Source: the human T2T-CHM13v2.0 reference genome, Homo sapiens. Taken from it: 64,000 nucleotides of DNA. The first letter of the stretch is position 1, and the number at the start of each line of letters is the position of its first letter. Both the position numbers and the translations under genes were made by a program. Shown piece after piece: positions 27,451 to 40,713 of this stretch. Below the pieces are notes generated by a model. That model was not told the DNA's origin and searched no databases. It saw only the letters and a list, made by a program, of their open reading frames with translations. Where the stretch lies: the NCBI RefSeq assembly GCF_009914755.1, contig NC_060928.1; one strand, given 5' to 3'.

Positions 27451-27980
27451 TAATGCTATATTATTAAATAAGTGTACATAAAATAACTTACTGGTCATTC
27501 TCTTCTTAGTCCAAGGATTTTGTCACTAACCTGCTAAAATTCTTTTAGCAAGACTTTTAATTAGAGGTCAAAAATTTACTCACTCTAATGAGGGACTTGA
27601 ATTTTACAATCTGTAATAACCGACTTGACGTTGGGCCTTATTATCTCGGATTCTTTCATCTTCCTTGGGTTGTTCCTTAATTCTGGGCATTTTGCTGCCC
27701 ATTACCTCTCTCTTCAAAGGTTGGCAAAGGGACATAGCAACAATTCTGGTAAACAGAGCAAATGGAAATGGAAATGAGCCAGAGGTGTGCTCAGTAGAAT
27801 GTCATGTCATGTATTGATCAAATGGCACAGAGAACCCAGGCTCTGGAGTCAAGACTGGGAAGCTATTGTCATAAACTATTCTACATTGGCCCGTAACTTG
27901 AGCCTTAACAAATCATACAACCTCAGAGACTTCATCTATAAATTGAAAGTGTTAATATCATATACCTTTTAAGATTTTTT

Positions 27981-28273
27981 GGCCAGATGCAGTGGCTCAT
28001 GCCTGTAATTCCAGCACTTCGGGAGGATCACTTGAGCTCAGGAGTTAGAGACCAGTCTGGGCAACATAGTGGGACCCTGTTTCTACTAAAAATAAAAAAA
28101 AAAAACTAGGCAAGTGTGGTGGGGCATGCATGTAGTCCGAGCTACTCAGGAGGCTGAAGCAGGAGGATCTCTTGAGCCTGGAAAATCAAGGCTGCAGTGA
28201 GCCATGATCAGGTTACTGCACTCCAGCCTGGGTGACAAAGGGAGACCCTGTCTCAAAAAAACAAGCAAAAAAA
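27981..28273 (+). mobile_element. Alu (AluJ-like) inserted in a MIR
   Basis: GGCCAGATGCAGTGGCTCATGCCTGTAAT...GGAGACCCTGTCTC-A-rich tail. Confidence 0.92.
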
Positions 28274-29950
28274 TATTTGTCAGGATTAAATGATGTTACC
28301 TATAAAGTATTGTGGGCATTGTGTTAATTGTTACCTATTACTATTAACCAACACCATTATGAGATATCTCTATATGTTAGCAACAGAAATAAATTTATCC
28401 ATTTATTTCAAACAGTATTTGATTCAATGCAATTCTAGTACAATAGAATACTCCTAGAATGATAATAATATGACTAAGTTTGTTTTTAGGTCATTTCAAT
28501 AAGAAAATTTAGACTTCGTTATCTATTTGTCAATGCTTATTTAATCCATAGTTCATTCTGAGTCCCTCGCCACTTTTACATTGTCCTTTTCGAGTGTCTT
28601 TCACAGCCCTGTGGCTTTAATGCGTTGCTGTCTTCCCAATTCACAGTTCAGTTTCATCAGCACTCCTGTTTCCTGTTTTGTCACTGTCTAGGCTGCCTGT
28701 TTTGCACCTCGAACTCCTTCCTCTTCCTCTTCAAAGGATATCGTCAACATTTCCAGTAGGGATGGGCAATGAATGCCACAAACGTTTCTTGCTGCAGCTC
28801 TTCCTTTTCTTTCTTTTTCTTTTTTTAACCTCCTTTGAACCTTCATAAGCTTCCTGTAATGACTGTGTCTCTGTTTCAACTATTTCAGTATTTCTGTGGC
28901 TTTTGATTTTGATCTGGATTCACGTCTTCCAGCCAAAACCATCTCAAACAAGTAGTTTGAGGTTTTTGCTGGAAGGTAATTTGAATTTGTTTACATGGCC
29001 ACCAACTCCCAATTTTAGATGTCCTGAGATTTCTGGAGTAGAGGATTGGCCTTACCAGATTACCTTTCTCTTATTAGCACTATTATTAGCAAAGATGGGC
29101 TCTTTCGTTTGTGAGCTAATCATACTTCTTATAATTCTAAATAACTACTTCTAAATCAGGAGAATTAGAAAAGTCTTTCATTTCAGCAGGGTTGAAAAAA
29201 GGTTAATTAAAGTCATCCACAGACATAGATATAGCAACATGATTTGATATACATACATCAATAAGAATAGTCATGCACACACATACACAGAAACACACAA
29301 TTATTCCTTTACAATCTTCTGGCATCTTTTCTGCAAGGAAGCCACAAACACAAACTGGATATGAACAAAATAACTCAGCAGATGACCAATGACCTCTTCC
29401 TCCTTCTCATCCTCCTCCTTCTCCTCCTCCTTTTTCTTGTTTTGCCATCATTGTTTAGGTGAAGCGCAAAACAAGTCCCAAATATTTCTGGGCTACTCTC
29501 AAATTATTGGGCTCTGTGGCGTGTGCATTTGAATGTTCATTCAATAAATATTCACTGAGAACCTACTATGTCCCAGGTCCTCACAATACAGCTGTGTACA
29601 AAACAGACCAGATCCCTGCCATCTGGAACCTCGTACTTGGGTGGGTGATCAGTTTCCAGAATCAGACAGTCTGCTCATTTGAGAAAACTCCTGTGTGGTT
29701 CAAGATTCCAGAGGAGAACACTGAGACAGGAGCAGACTGGGTTTATCATATGCCCCATCTCGTGGTTTCCTAACAGGCCAAATGCAATACAGAGAGGGGT
29801 ATTGCTCACTCTTCCTTCCTGTTTCTGTCGCTCAGACAGGAGCTAGATAGTTCCTTTCCTACCAAGCTAAGACTTTTGCTCTCATCAAGTGAGAAGGTCC
29901 CTCTTACTTTACAATATTTCTGACCTGAACCCTGGCAACCATAAATCTAC

Positions 29951-30284
<334 letters not shown>

Positions 30285-31139
30285 TGACTTTCACCACAAG
30301 ACAGAATAGTTCCCCTTAGAGACTTTCATTTGCTCTGTGGTATCACTCTTTAGACTGCCTGAGATACATACTGGAAAATGCCACCTCTTAAAAGGCACCA
30401 CTAAGTTCTTAATTGAATCCACACTTTAGTCTTTTATCCTTTCGATTTCTATGGTAAAGAACATAGGCCCTGTATTTGCTACTCATATCTCCCATTCATT
30501 TGTGTGTGATTATGTAGCTTTTTTAGCTTACACACAGCTATAAAGCATTTTCCAAGTCTTTTTTATATTATCTAGTTTGCATGAAATAAGGATGTAGGAG
30601 TATGTTTGGCTTTTGGCTATAGATAGTTGGAAGTATTTCTAAAGATCCACTCTCTTCTGAGCTCTCTTACTGTTCTTGTTTTCAACTAACAGAAATTGGA
30701 AAATAAAGATTGTGTGGGTATAAAATGAATGCTTGCAATGTTTGTCATTTTTGGAACTCTATTTCTGTGGCTCTTGACTTTTTTTAAGATGGCTTCACCT
30801 AAAAGTTGCTAAGGCCAGGCCAGAGCTCTTCTTATAAACAAATGACAGGGGACATGATAGCCCATAATGAATTCAATCTGGGCTATCTGTGGCGTTGTGT
30901 GTGGATAAAAAGTAAAAGCTAATTTTGAGTACAAAGAAAATGAATAAAGCCTCTTGCCACTAAGATAGTTAAGAGAAGACTGTCAGAAGGCAACATCATT
31001 CTATGCAGCTGGACCTATGCCCTTCCACAGATGGGAACAATGCCATATGGTTAGGGAGCTTGGCTGTTACCCAAGTGGCTCCTATTCAGTTCTCCATTTG
31101 AGCAAGAGTTGAGAGGAGATGGAGAATAGTATTTGGGAG

Positions 31140-31320
31140 ACTTCCTGGGTTCAAGTCCTGCCTCTACCACTTATTTGCTATGTGCTTTCTTAGTAACCTG
31201 AAGCAATGAATAACAGTATTAGCCTCATAGGGTTGTTGTAAGGTTTAATTGAGATAGTGCACATTATGCATGCTGCCTACCTGGCACATAGTAATAGGTG
31301 GGAGGTATTATTACTGTGAT
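31140..31320 (+). mobile_element. MIR fragment
   Basis: CCTGGGTTCAAGTCCTGCCTCTACCACTTA...CCTCATAGGGTTGTTGTAAGG...CCTGGCACATAGTAA. Confidence 0.75.
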
Positions 31321-32152
31321 GATGATGATGGGTGTCCAGGGGGAGACCAGTCTGAATGTACCTGGTAGACTCAGTAGGTTACTGGAAGTCAGGAGTCACA
31401 AATGTGAACCAGGCAGCAAGCTTTAGAAGGTGATTGACAGGGCAAATTGGCAGGGATTGTTAAGAAAGATACAGAGAATGGTGGTAAAACCAGGAGGAAT
31501 AAGCATGCCTTTTTCTCTTATTGGAGCAAAGAGGACATTACCTGGTCTGTATCCAACTAGACAAGGGCCTGAACCTTAGAGAAGATGTTGAACCCCACTA
31601 GCATTACTTAAGGTCAAACAAGGCAAAAGCGTTTTGGTTTTCTGTTTATTTGTCTGGTTTGGGATATTCCTGGGAAGGAATATTATGGATTTTGCACTTC
31701 TAATATCTGACTTCTGTGTAATGGAAGAAAAAAATAGCACTCCAGTAAGCCTTTATAATGCCATACACACATAAAGTGAAACAAGAAGACCCTGTGAAGG
31801 ATGATAGGAATGACAGATCTCGTCCTACTAAAGGAATAAATTTCCTTCCAAACATATTACAGTTGTATAAGCTATAAAATATATTGCTATAAAATGACTC
31901 ACCTATTTGAAAATCCTACTGCATAGAGTTTCCACAGTTAGAAAACTGGTATGCGAAAATGTGAAAGTTGGTAAGAATCAAGAAATAGTTTTTTAGTACC
32001 TATTGTGTGTAAGGTATTATTACATAATCACAGAATTATACTATTATTTTGCTTTTTGCATAGATTTGCATTACCTAGTCAATATTTAACTGATTTATTT
32101 AACCTTTGTAAAACAAATTCAGAATCTCATACTGAGACTTAGGAAGTATATA

Positions 32153-32495
32153 CAGTAGTTCCCCCCTTATCCGTGGTTTTGCTTTCCATAATTTCAGCTA
32201 CCTGCAGTCAACCACGATCTGAAGATGTTTAAGGGAAAATTTTGGAAATTAACAACTCATAAGTTTTAAATTGTGCACCATTCTGAGTAGTGTGATGAAA
32301 TCTCACAGCATTCCGCTCAGTCCCTTCCAAAGGTGAATCATCTTTTGGTCCAGTTATCTGCACTGTAGATGCAACCATCTAGATTATCAGATTGAAAAAA
32401 CATAGTATAGACAGTCTAGGGTTCAGTACTATGCACAGTTTCAGGCATCTACTAAGTCTTGGAACGTATCCTTCAAGGATAAGGGGGAACTATTC
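32153..32495. mobile_element. MER44A-like TcMar-Tigger MITE
   Basis: TIRs CAGTAGTTCCCCCCTTATCC / GGATAAGGGGGAACTATTC, flanked by TA dinucleotides at 32151-32152 and 32496-32497. Confidence 0.88.
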
Positions 32496-34409
32496 TATTC
32501 ATAAATTCATAGAATTTTAAAGCTGGAAGAACTCCGAAGGGAATGAAAATCAGTGTCCTAGGCTTTCCTTAAAATGCTAGGTAATGTCCTAAGGAGCTTT
32601 TGAAATTTTAAATTATTTTTAAAACACTTTATAAAAGAAATTTTTTAGTCAAATATATCAGTGCTCACTAAATCCCCACCTATTATAAGAATTTACTCAT
32701 CCTAGCAATGTCAACTTTAGGAAGCATAAGAATAGAAACTGAGATAATATAAATGACTTATTCAAGGGGAATGGCATTAATCAGTCAACAAAGTGAGATA
32801 ATCAGTAGAGCATCTGAAAAAATAAGACCTCTCATATGACCTGTTTGTTTATTTCTGTTCCCAGATGACAAATATTTTTTGAATTCTGCCCAGCTCCTCT
32901 TGGGGTAGACAAATGTTAAAACAGAAAAAAGTGGCAAGGTGCTTTTGTTCAGTGTGGGCTCATGGGGAAAAGTCCTATAATATTTTCAGCTGGTCACTAT
33001 GAAGGCAGCCAACAGTGAGCTCAGCCGACATTGTTGTGGGATGGCACTATGACATCGATTAACGGAAAACTGAATGTTGAAATTATGCAGCAGAGGAAAA
33101 GAAAAGCAGGAGGACAATAACAAAATTTTCCAAACAGAAAATCACAAGGTCCACATAGGAAAAGTATAGTTTTCAAACTCCAGAAGATATTTGCAAACAC
33201 CAGTGAGCAAGCTATGAATCTTGTTTTCCCATAGGCCCTACCATCAGTAGAGATCCCAGGTAGAGCAATTTACCTGCACATTGTTGCCAGGGAACAAGGG
33301 AAGGCGAGTCAAACTATTTGGGGATTTAGCTGAGCTTTGAAATAACTGAAAAGCTATGCTTCAATTTTTAAGAGTTCATCAGGTAGGATTTCTAGGATTG
33401 TAAGGTCCTCACTCTAGAACTTCTGAAAATAATCAGATGAATCGGAATTAAAGAACTAATGGCCTTAATTGTGTCTAAATAGGAATGAAGTAACAATGAC
33501 TGTCATCATGAGCTATTCTCTTCTATGGCTCTGGACGGTCTTTTTTTTTTTTTTTTTTCTGTTCAGAGCTTCCTGCTTGGTGTTTGCCTAAGTAGGGAGG
33601 AAAGCCATTGTTTGAACTTTGCAACAACAGATTGCAAGCTAAGGCTTTTCTACACTTTGTTTAATTTTCCTGAAATGTTCCTTTTTACAGAAAAGATCTG
33701 TTGTTGACCTAGCATGCTTTTTGTCTTACTCAATACTCCCCTGGGGATGTAGTTAAAACAACACTTAGCTGTAATTCTCCTGGGTGGAGAAGTGTTTGGT
33801 GGTGGCAATGAAACTAAAGCACAGATTTGAGCAACTGTGGGCTGTTGACTTTATGCTAGCCTTTCATAAAGAGAAACCTCAAAACACCGTGGCCATTCAG
33901 CAAACAGTGTGAGTTTCATCTAAGCCTGGCTGGCTTTGCCCTTGCTTTCTTCGGGCTAGAATGATCCTAACCATCAGTGTCTTTGTGTCATGATGCAGAA
34001 AGTTGGCTAGGACATAGGAGGATAATGCTGAAGTATAACTTCTGAGTGGGGGAGGGAATCAGGCAGAGAAGTAAAGCTCTACACAATGGCTAGTGCTTCT
34101 GTATTATGATGTGTGTTCCAGCGGAGGTCAATCATTGTGCATTGTCTCTAGGGAGTGAATACAGCATATTATTTTGGGGTAGAAATTGAGATTTCTTTTG
34201 GTGGTAAAATATACAGAAAATAGAAACTCTCTGTACTTGATTTCTTTAAGTTTATTTAAATACCTTCAAAGGTATTCTTCTATGAGAAGGAACATGACAT
34301 AATAGGACTCTAAAAATGAAACTGTTTTAGTGATGGAAATTTTCCATATCAAATCTACTATAGCCACTAGGATATATTACCAAAGTTTTTAAAAATTCTT
34401 GTGTGCAGT

Positions 34410-34920
34410 GAACTTTGTTGATTGCCTACTCAGCAAAAAATCATCTCCTGTGTTCCTAATGAACCTCAATTTTGCTTTCCTCTCTTCTAGTCATGTGCCT
34501 GGGAAAGATTGATGCCAGCTCCAGAAAGGCATCCGAATGGTCTAAGTAATGCCATCCATCTGTCAGTAATAGATTCAGAAATGGGTATGTGATTCAAGTC
34601 TGGCCAATGAGATGTATGCAGAAGAGTGCTGGGTATTCTGGAAAATTATCCCTTGTCATTCAGAGATCCACAGGAATCCAGCCTTTTGCTCCTTGAATGG
34701 GATAAGGAAGCACATAATCCCAGTTGCTCTTCCAGTCATCCCAGACCCACAGCCCTGCTTTAGCCATCCTATAGCCATCATATATTCACAAGGGGAGAGC
34801 AACTGAGGACAACACTGTGGATCCTTGTGACATAACCAAGCCAGTGAACCAGTCAATACATTTATTTATTGTTTGAGCCATTGTAGTTGAGCTTACGTTA
34901 CTGGCAGCTGAAAGCTGAAA
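34410..34920. mobile_element. MLT1-like MaLR LTR
   Basis: CTGGCCAATGAGATGTATGCAGAAG, GCCATCATATATTCACAAGGGGAGAGC, GTTTGAGCCATTGTAGTTGAG...GCAGCTGAAAGC. Confidence 0.6.
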
Positions 34921-35444
34921 GTTATTCTATCTGCCAATCCTCATCTTGCACGTCTCTTAGTTTTGCTCTTATCTCTCCTTTTCCTCTTTTTCACACATAA
35001 ATCCCAATCTTTGTTCCAACTCACACTGTCAACACTCTGACCTTTCCCTCTTGCCTTCTTTTCCTCTTCTCTCTGTCCCTCTCCCTTTTGCCTTTCTTTC
35101 TGCCAGTGCTACCCACAGGTATATCTTAAATCTTATTAGCCATAGCCATGACCAAAGACTAGGACCACCACTAGGTATAACTGGATTAGGTGGAGTTTTG
35201 CTCATTTGACCTCCTTTGTACTTTCAACATCAACATCCCTCACCCCTCAGCAATTCTCTCCACTGTGCCCCACTCCATATAACAAAAAGTCTTGTGTGCT
35301 CTGAAACATCCACCCAAAAACTATATTTTCACTAAAATTCCTTTGGTGATAATGCCTTAACATGGTGGTTTCCAAAGCTTTTTAAAACCATAACCCACAT
35401 TAAGTATCCTCACTCAGTATACACAGAATATACACATAGGCACT

Positions 35445-36317
35445 TGATATAGTCTGGATATTTGTCCCTGCCCAACTCTTATGTTGAATTGTAATCCCCA
35501 GTGCTAGAGGTGGGGCTTGGTGGGAGGGTGTTTGGATCCCTCATGGCTTGGTGCTGTCTTCACAATAGTGAGTTCTCTAGACATCTGGTCATTTGAAAGT
35601 GTGTGGCACCTTCCCCCTCTCCTTGCTTCTGCTCTGACTATGTGACATGCCTGCTTTCCTGCTTTCCTTTTGCCTTCTGCCATGATCATAAGCTTCCTGA
35701 GGACTTCCCAGAAGTCAAGCTGATGCTAGCATCATTGCTTCCTGCAAAGCCTGCAGAGCTGTGAACCTCTTTTCTTTATGAATTATCCAGTCTCAGGTAT
35801 TTCTTTATAATGTGAAAGGAAAATAAACCTTGGGGCCCCCAAATCACTAAGCTAAATGGAAAAGTCAAGCTGGGAACTGCTTAGAGCAAACCTGCCTCCC
35901 ATTCTATTCAAAGTCATCCCTCTGCTCACTGAGATAGATGTATATCTGATTGCCTCCTTTGGAAAGGCTAATCAGAAACTCAAAAGAATGAAACCATTCA
36001 TTTGTCTCTCGCCTATCTGTGACCTGGAAGCCCCCTCCCTGCTTCGGCTTCAAGGCTTCCTGCCTTTGCTTCAAGTTGTCGCGCCTTTCCAGACCCAACC
36101 AATGTACTTCTTACATATACTGATTGATGCTTCATGTCTCCCTAAAATGTATAAAACTCAGCTGTGCCCCAGCCACCTTGGCCACATGTCATCAGGACTC
36201 CCTGAGGCTGTGCCGCAGGCTCATCTTCAACCTTGGCAAAATAAACTTTCTAAATTAACGGAGACCTGTCTCAGATTTTCGGGGTTTAGAGTAGCAATGC
36301 AAGAAGGGACTAACACA
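35445..36317. mobile_element. MSTB-like MaLR LTR split by MER4A-like LTR
   Basis: TGATATAGTCTGGATATTTGTCCC...CAGGTATTTCTTT [insert] GCAATGCAAGAAGGGACTAACACA; 5-bp TSD GCACT / ACACT. Confidence 0.85.
35811..36290 (+). mobile_element. MER4A/MER4A1-like ERV1 solo LTR
   Basis: TGTGAAAGGAAAATAAACCTTGGGGCCCCCAAATCACTAAGCTAAA...AATAAACTTTCTAAATTAACGGAGACCTGTCTCAGATTTTCGGGGTTTAGA; degenerate 4-bp TSD ATAA / GTAG (MST consensus ATAG). Confidence 0.88.
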
Positions 36318-37160
36318 ACACTGCAGGAAAAGTTCTATGAAACACACTTACCTTTACTACCAGTGACACATTCTGATATTACATATTCTGTTCTATTTCA
36401 TTTTTAAAAAGTGTTTGTCTGTACTCACTAAATTGATGTCATGGATAGTTGTTGTGACCACCAAAAACACTTCCTTCACCCACAGCAGAAATTCTGGTGG
36501 TCGTGTGATAAACTTGTCAAAAAGTCCTTTGAGGGTAATTAGACTCATACTTAAACCTGAATAAAATGACAGCCAACACCAACTAAAAGAAGTTCTGTCT
36601 GTGTCAATTTGGATACATTGTTTCCCCTAAAAAAATGAAGAGTGAGTGAGAATATATGAATGCTGACACCTGATGTGTTCCTAGTAATTTCAGGGGATCT
36701 TTCTGAAATGGCAAAAGTGTTTAAGAAACACCATTATAATTATTTCTGAAAGTAAAGATGTTTCCTGCAAAAGCTATTTGAGTCCCAGAGCCAATTCATT
36801 AATTGGTTTTATGTTTGACTTTTTAGAGCCCATTAAATATATCTATTTGGTTATTCATTTGGCAGCTATGCTACTTCTTTAAGAGCTGGGAATGGCAGAT
36901 TGTCTATAAGAACCATTTTTATAACATGGATTGTGGTAAAAATGTGTTAGCTTTCTTGTTGATAACTACTTGTTATCAGCTAGAACCACTTTTACAGCCT
37001 GTACCATGTGAAGGCCTCACATATAAAGTCCATAGCATGTTTGAAAGTCACATGATATCTAGAAAAGCCCTGTATAAACTGGAAAGCATTGTGTAAACAC
37101 AAAATATTATTATTATGCATTTTTTTAAAGTAAGAAACTCTTGCCTAAGAAGTCAGTCAT

Positions 37161-37520
37161 CCCCATGGTTAGAACATGTCTCCCAAAGTTCATGTGTTGG
37201 AAACTTAATTGCCATTGTAACAATATTAAGAGGTGGGGCCTTTAAGAAGTGATTAGGTCATGAGGGCTTTGTCCTCATGAATGGACTAATGTTGTTATCA
37301 TGGGAATGGGTTAATTGTGGTGAGCCTGGCCCCCTTTTTCTTTCTGCTTCATCTGCCCCTTTCTGCCATCCATCCTTTTGCCATGGAATGACTCCTGCCA
37401 GATGCCAGTACTATGCTCTCAGCCTTCCTGGCGTTCAGAACCATGAACAGAATAAATTTCTTTTTTTAATAAATTACCCATCTCTGGTATTCTGCTATAA
37501 CAGCCAAAAATTGACTAGGG
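37161..37520. mobile_element. MST-family (MSTC/D-like) MaLR LTR
   Basis: AAAGTTCATGTGTTGGAAACTTAAT...GATTAGGTCATGAGGGCTTTGTCCTCATGAATGG...AATAAATTTC...ATAAATTACCCA. Confidence 0.8.
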
Positions 37521-37824
37521 CCTTCATGAATTTTGAATGCCAATGAATTTTAATGTTTTTGTTAATGGTACTGAGTTCTATAAATGTTTTTCCCCACCCT
37601 CTAATTGATACGCACACACATGCACACACACACACACATGCATACATATGCACATACATATTAGACTTTTAAGCCTATATTCAATACAATACAGGCTGGT
37701 TGCTAATTTACAAACCCTATTTTCTCTTTTATAAGATATATTAGAAGGTAGGTTTTCTTCTATATGTAGTTATAGTTGTGGTGTGATATGCCCAGAATTA
37801 CTGTGAGATATGTTAAATGGTACA

Positions 37825-37995
37825 GTATAGCTTTAGTAGTTAAGGTTTTGGAGACAGAAAGACTCCAAATGCAATCTTACATTTAACAAGGTCTGTGAAT
37901 TTGGGTGAGTTACTTAACCTTCCAAGCTCTGATGTTCCTCATCTGTCAGATGGGGTTAATATAATGCACCTCACAAAGATGTTATAGAATTGAAT
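37825..37995 (+). mobile_element. MIR fragment (continues at about 38355-38440)
   Basis: TTGGGTGAGTTACTTAACCTTCC...TTCCTCATCTGTCAGATGGGG. Confidence 0.7.
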
Positions 37996-38098
37996 TTATC
38001 TCTACTCATTAAATTAATTTCATAATTTACTAATGGGTCATGACCACCAAAAACACAGGCTTAACCCACAGAAGAAATTCTGATATTAAGAATCATGG

Positions 38099-38270
38099 AG
38101 CCAGGTGCAGTGGTGCATGTCTGTAGTCCCAGATACTCAGGAGGCTAAGGCAGGAGGATTGCTTGAGCCCAGGAGGTGGAGGCTGCAGTGATATGATTGT
38201 GCCACTGTACTCCAGCCTGGGCAACAGAGCGAGACCTTGTCTCTAAAAAAAGAAAAAGAAAAAGAAACAA
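38099..38270 (+). mobile_element. Alu right monomer (FRAM-like)
   Basis: GCCAGGTGCAGTGGTGCATGTCTGTAGTCCCAG...GGCAACAGAGCGAGACCTTGTCTCT-A(n). Confidence 0.88.
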
Positions 38271-38310
38271 AGCTGATTTAAAAAATTGTGGGCATATTAC
38301 AAACCTGCAA

Positions 38311-38341
<31 letters not shown>

Positions 38342-39086
38342 CTGTGTGTGCATGTAAAGTACTTAGGACTTAGGACAGCACACTTAGTATTTAGCACATA
38401 ATACCTAGCAATAGCTCAATGAATGGTAGCTTAACAACAATAACTAATGATATTACGACATGTTTATTTCATCACACCTTCACCATGAATAAATGTAGAG
38501 ATCTAGGACCTAGTACCTCTTGCTTTCCCTTTGGTGCTGAAGCTTCACTCCACTGCTTCCCAAATCTATGTGTCCACCTAGAAATGGGTCATGGTTGCTG
38601 AATCGTAGAATAATAATACTGCAAAATTGCTAAATCTCTGAGGGGCGTGTGTGTGTATGTATGTGAGTGTCTGAGTGTGTGTGAGAGAGAGAGAGAGGGA
38701 GAGAGGGAGGGATATGGGGGAGGGAAGCAGTGCTTGTCTCTTTCTTCTTGCTAAAGACACTTCCTTAAAAATAAATACACTGGAAAATAATGACAGGAAA
38801 CTTTACAAAATTAAAAGAGGATGTCAGGAAGTACAGGATGTGAGGTTGTTTTCATTTCTGTCAGTATTTTCTTATTCATATATATTTATAACTTTAAAAA
38901 GCAGAGAAGTTCACTATTTCTTCTACTTAAGATCAAATTTATATATAAAAAAAAGACCTGTGACCAAAAAAAAAAGAACCCACTTAATACTTTCTAGCTG
39001 CAATTAAGTATCTGATCTGACTACATTATTGGGCAACTGAATAGAATACTTGTCACACTCATTCTCTATTTCTAAAAAATGATGCA

Positions 39087-39215
39087 GGCCAGGCCCAATG
39101 ACTCACACCTGTAATACCAGCAATTTGGGAGGCCGAGGTGGGAAGATTGCTTGAGGCCAGAAGTTAGAGACCAGCCTGGACAACAGAGTGAGACCCCATC
39201 TCTACAAAAATATTT
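39087..39215 (+). mobile_element. Alu left monomer (FLAM-like)
   Basis: GGCCAGGCCCAATGACTCACACCTGTAATACCAGC...GAGACCCCATCTCTACAAAAA. Confidence 0.85.
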
Positions 39216-40666
39216 GTTTAAAAATTAACAATAACAACAACAACAGCAGCAACAACAAAACGGTTGCATTCTCAGACAGTTCACGCCAATGTGGGAAGGA
39301 TATAAAAGTAAAGTACCCTGAAGCAGCAATGGATAAGAAAAGCTTGGTCTTTTTTTAAAACAAAAATTTTTTTTATTATTACTTCTTTCCCAGAAGACAA
39401 CTTTCAAACATAGGAACCTAGGCAAATCAACGAATGCTCAAAACTGAAAACCCACTTCCCCCTTTGAGAATAGAGGGTACAGAAATATCAGTACTTTCAA
39501 TGCTTTAGCAGTCATGTGAACGGTGAGCATTCTATGTTTTTCCATATGCACAGCAAATGAGCACGCTGCTTGCAGCTTTTTCTCCATGAAATGGGGATCT
39601 GCATCCCATAGTAGTTACTGAGCAGTACAGTTCCTCTCCAACATTGAAACAGTTTATCTGCAAACAAATTTCTAAAGTTCCTATGTGGCTGGAAGCCAAA
39701 ATAAAACAACTATGTTTTGCTGTCCTCTGCTTTGCTGAACAGATAGATGTAAAAGGTTGTAGGTGGGCTTCTCTTTATTACTGCACTTGACTTATTAACA
39801 CCTTGAGACTCGAAGAATAAAGTGTACTTCATCTTGTAAAAGTTTATGATCTAAGTCAAACAATTCAAAAGGTCATAATTTAGCTCCATCTAAGGAACTT
39901 TAATTCAAAAAGACAGGAAGTTGCTTCATATTAAAAGTAGCCTCTTCTTTACTTCTTAATAAAATTCCCTAAGAAAATATTTATGGCAGACATATGTTAT
40001 TTTCATCATTCCTTCCTTGGGGAAACCACTATTCCCTGCTTCCACATGGTTTCAGAGGGGCTGCCTATCACTGTACCCTACCCCCCTTCCAGCCACACTG
40101 GGAGCATAGGACACAGGCCTGGCCAACCCTAAAATTATCTGTTCCTGAAATTAAAATAGTGATGTTGAAATAGATATGTTTCTTTCCCCTGGGATGCTAA
40201 GCTAGGGCAAGAGATCCCAGAGCTTCCCTGTGCCATCTTCACCACCCTGCATGGAGGAGGTGGAGCAGGTCCAGCCGCAGAAGGAGAAAATGGCAGAGAC
40301 AGAGGAGCAAAAGGAGAAGGAGGAGGAAGAGGAAAAGAGGGAGAATGGGGAGGAAAGAAAGAGGAAAAAGAAGGGGAAGAGTGGAAGGGGTAAGAAGAAG
40401 AAAAGAAGTGTAGTCTAACCTCCACAGAGCTATGATTGAAGCCAACTGATTCCTGAACCTCCTAGATACCTGACTCAACCAATTTCCTTCTCCATTCAAA
40501 TTAGTTTTAATAATTCTGCAACGGAAACAGGAGGAACTAACAAAGTAGCTAGTGTTTGTTCATTCATTCAACAAATATGCCAGGCACTAAATAGGCATAG
40601 AGTCATGATGGGCAACATATAGTCCTTGCCCTCATTGAGCTTATAGCCTGGTTAGGGAAAAAAATA

Positions 40667-40667
<1 letters not shown>

Positions 40668-40710
<43 letters not shown>
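40668..40710 (+). repeat. (CA)n microsatellite
   Basis: Uninterrupted CA run of about 21 units. Confidence 0.95.

Positions 40711-40713
<3 letters not shown>

Noticed and set aside
35856-36407. Longest ORF in the window (183 aa)
   Set aside because: Lies within the MER4A-like LTR and runs into MST and transposon flank; no protein-family features.
40135-40499. Glu/Lys-rich and Pro/Ser-rich ORFs
   Set aside because: Translations of a low-complexity GA-rich tract within an MLT1-like LTR.
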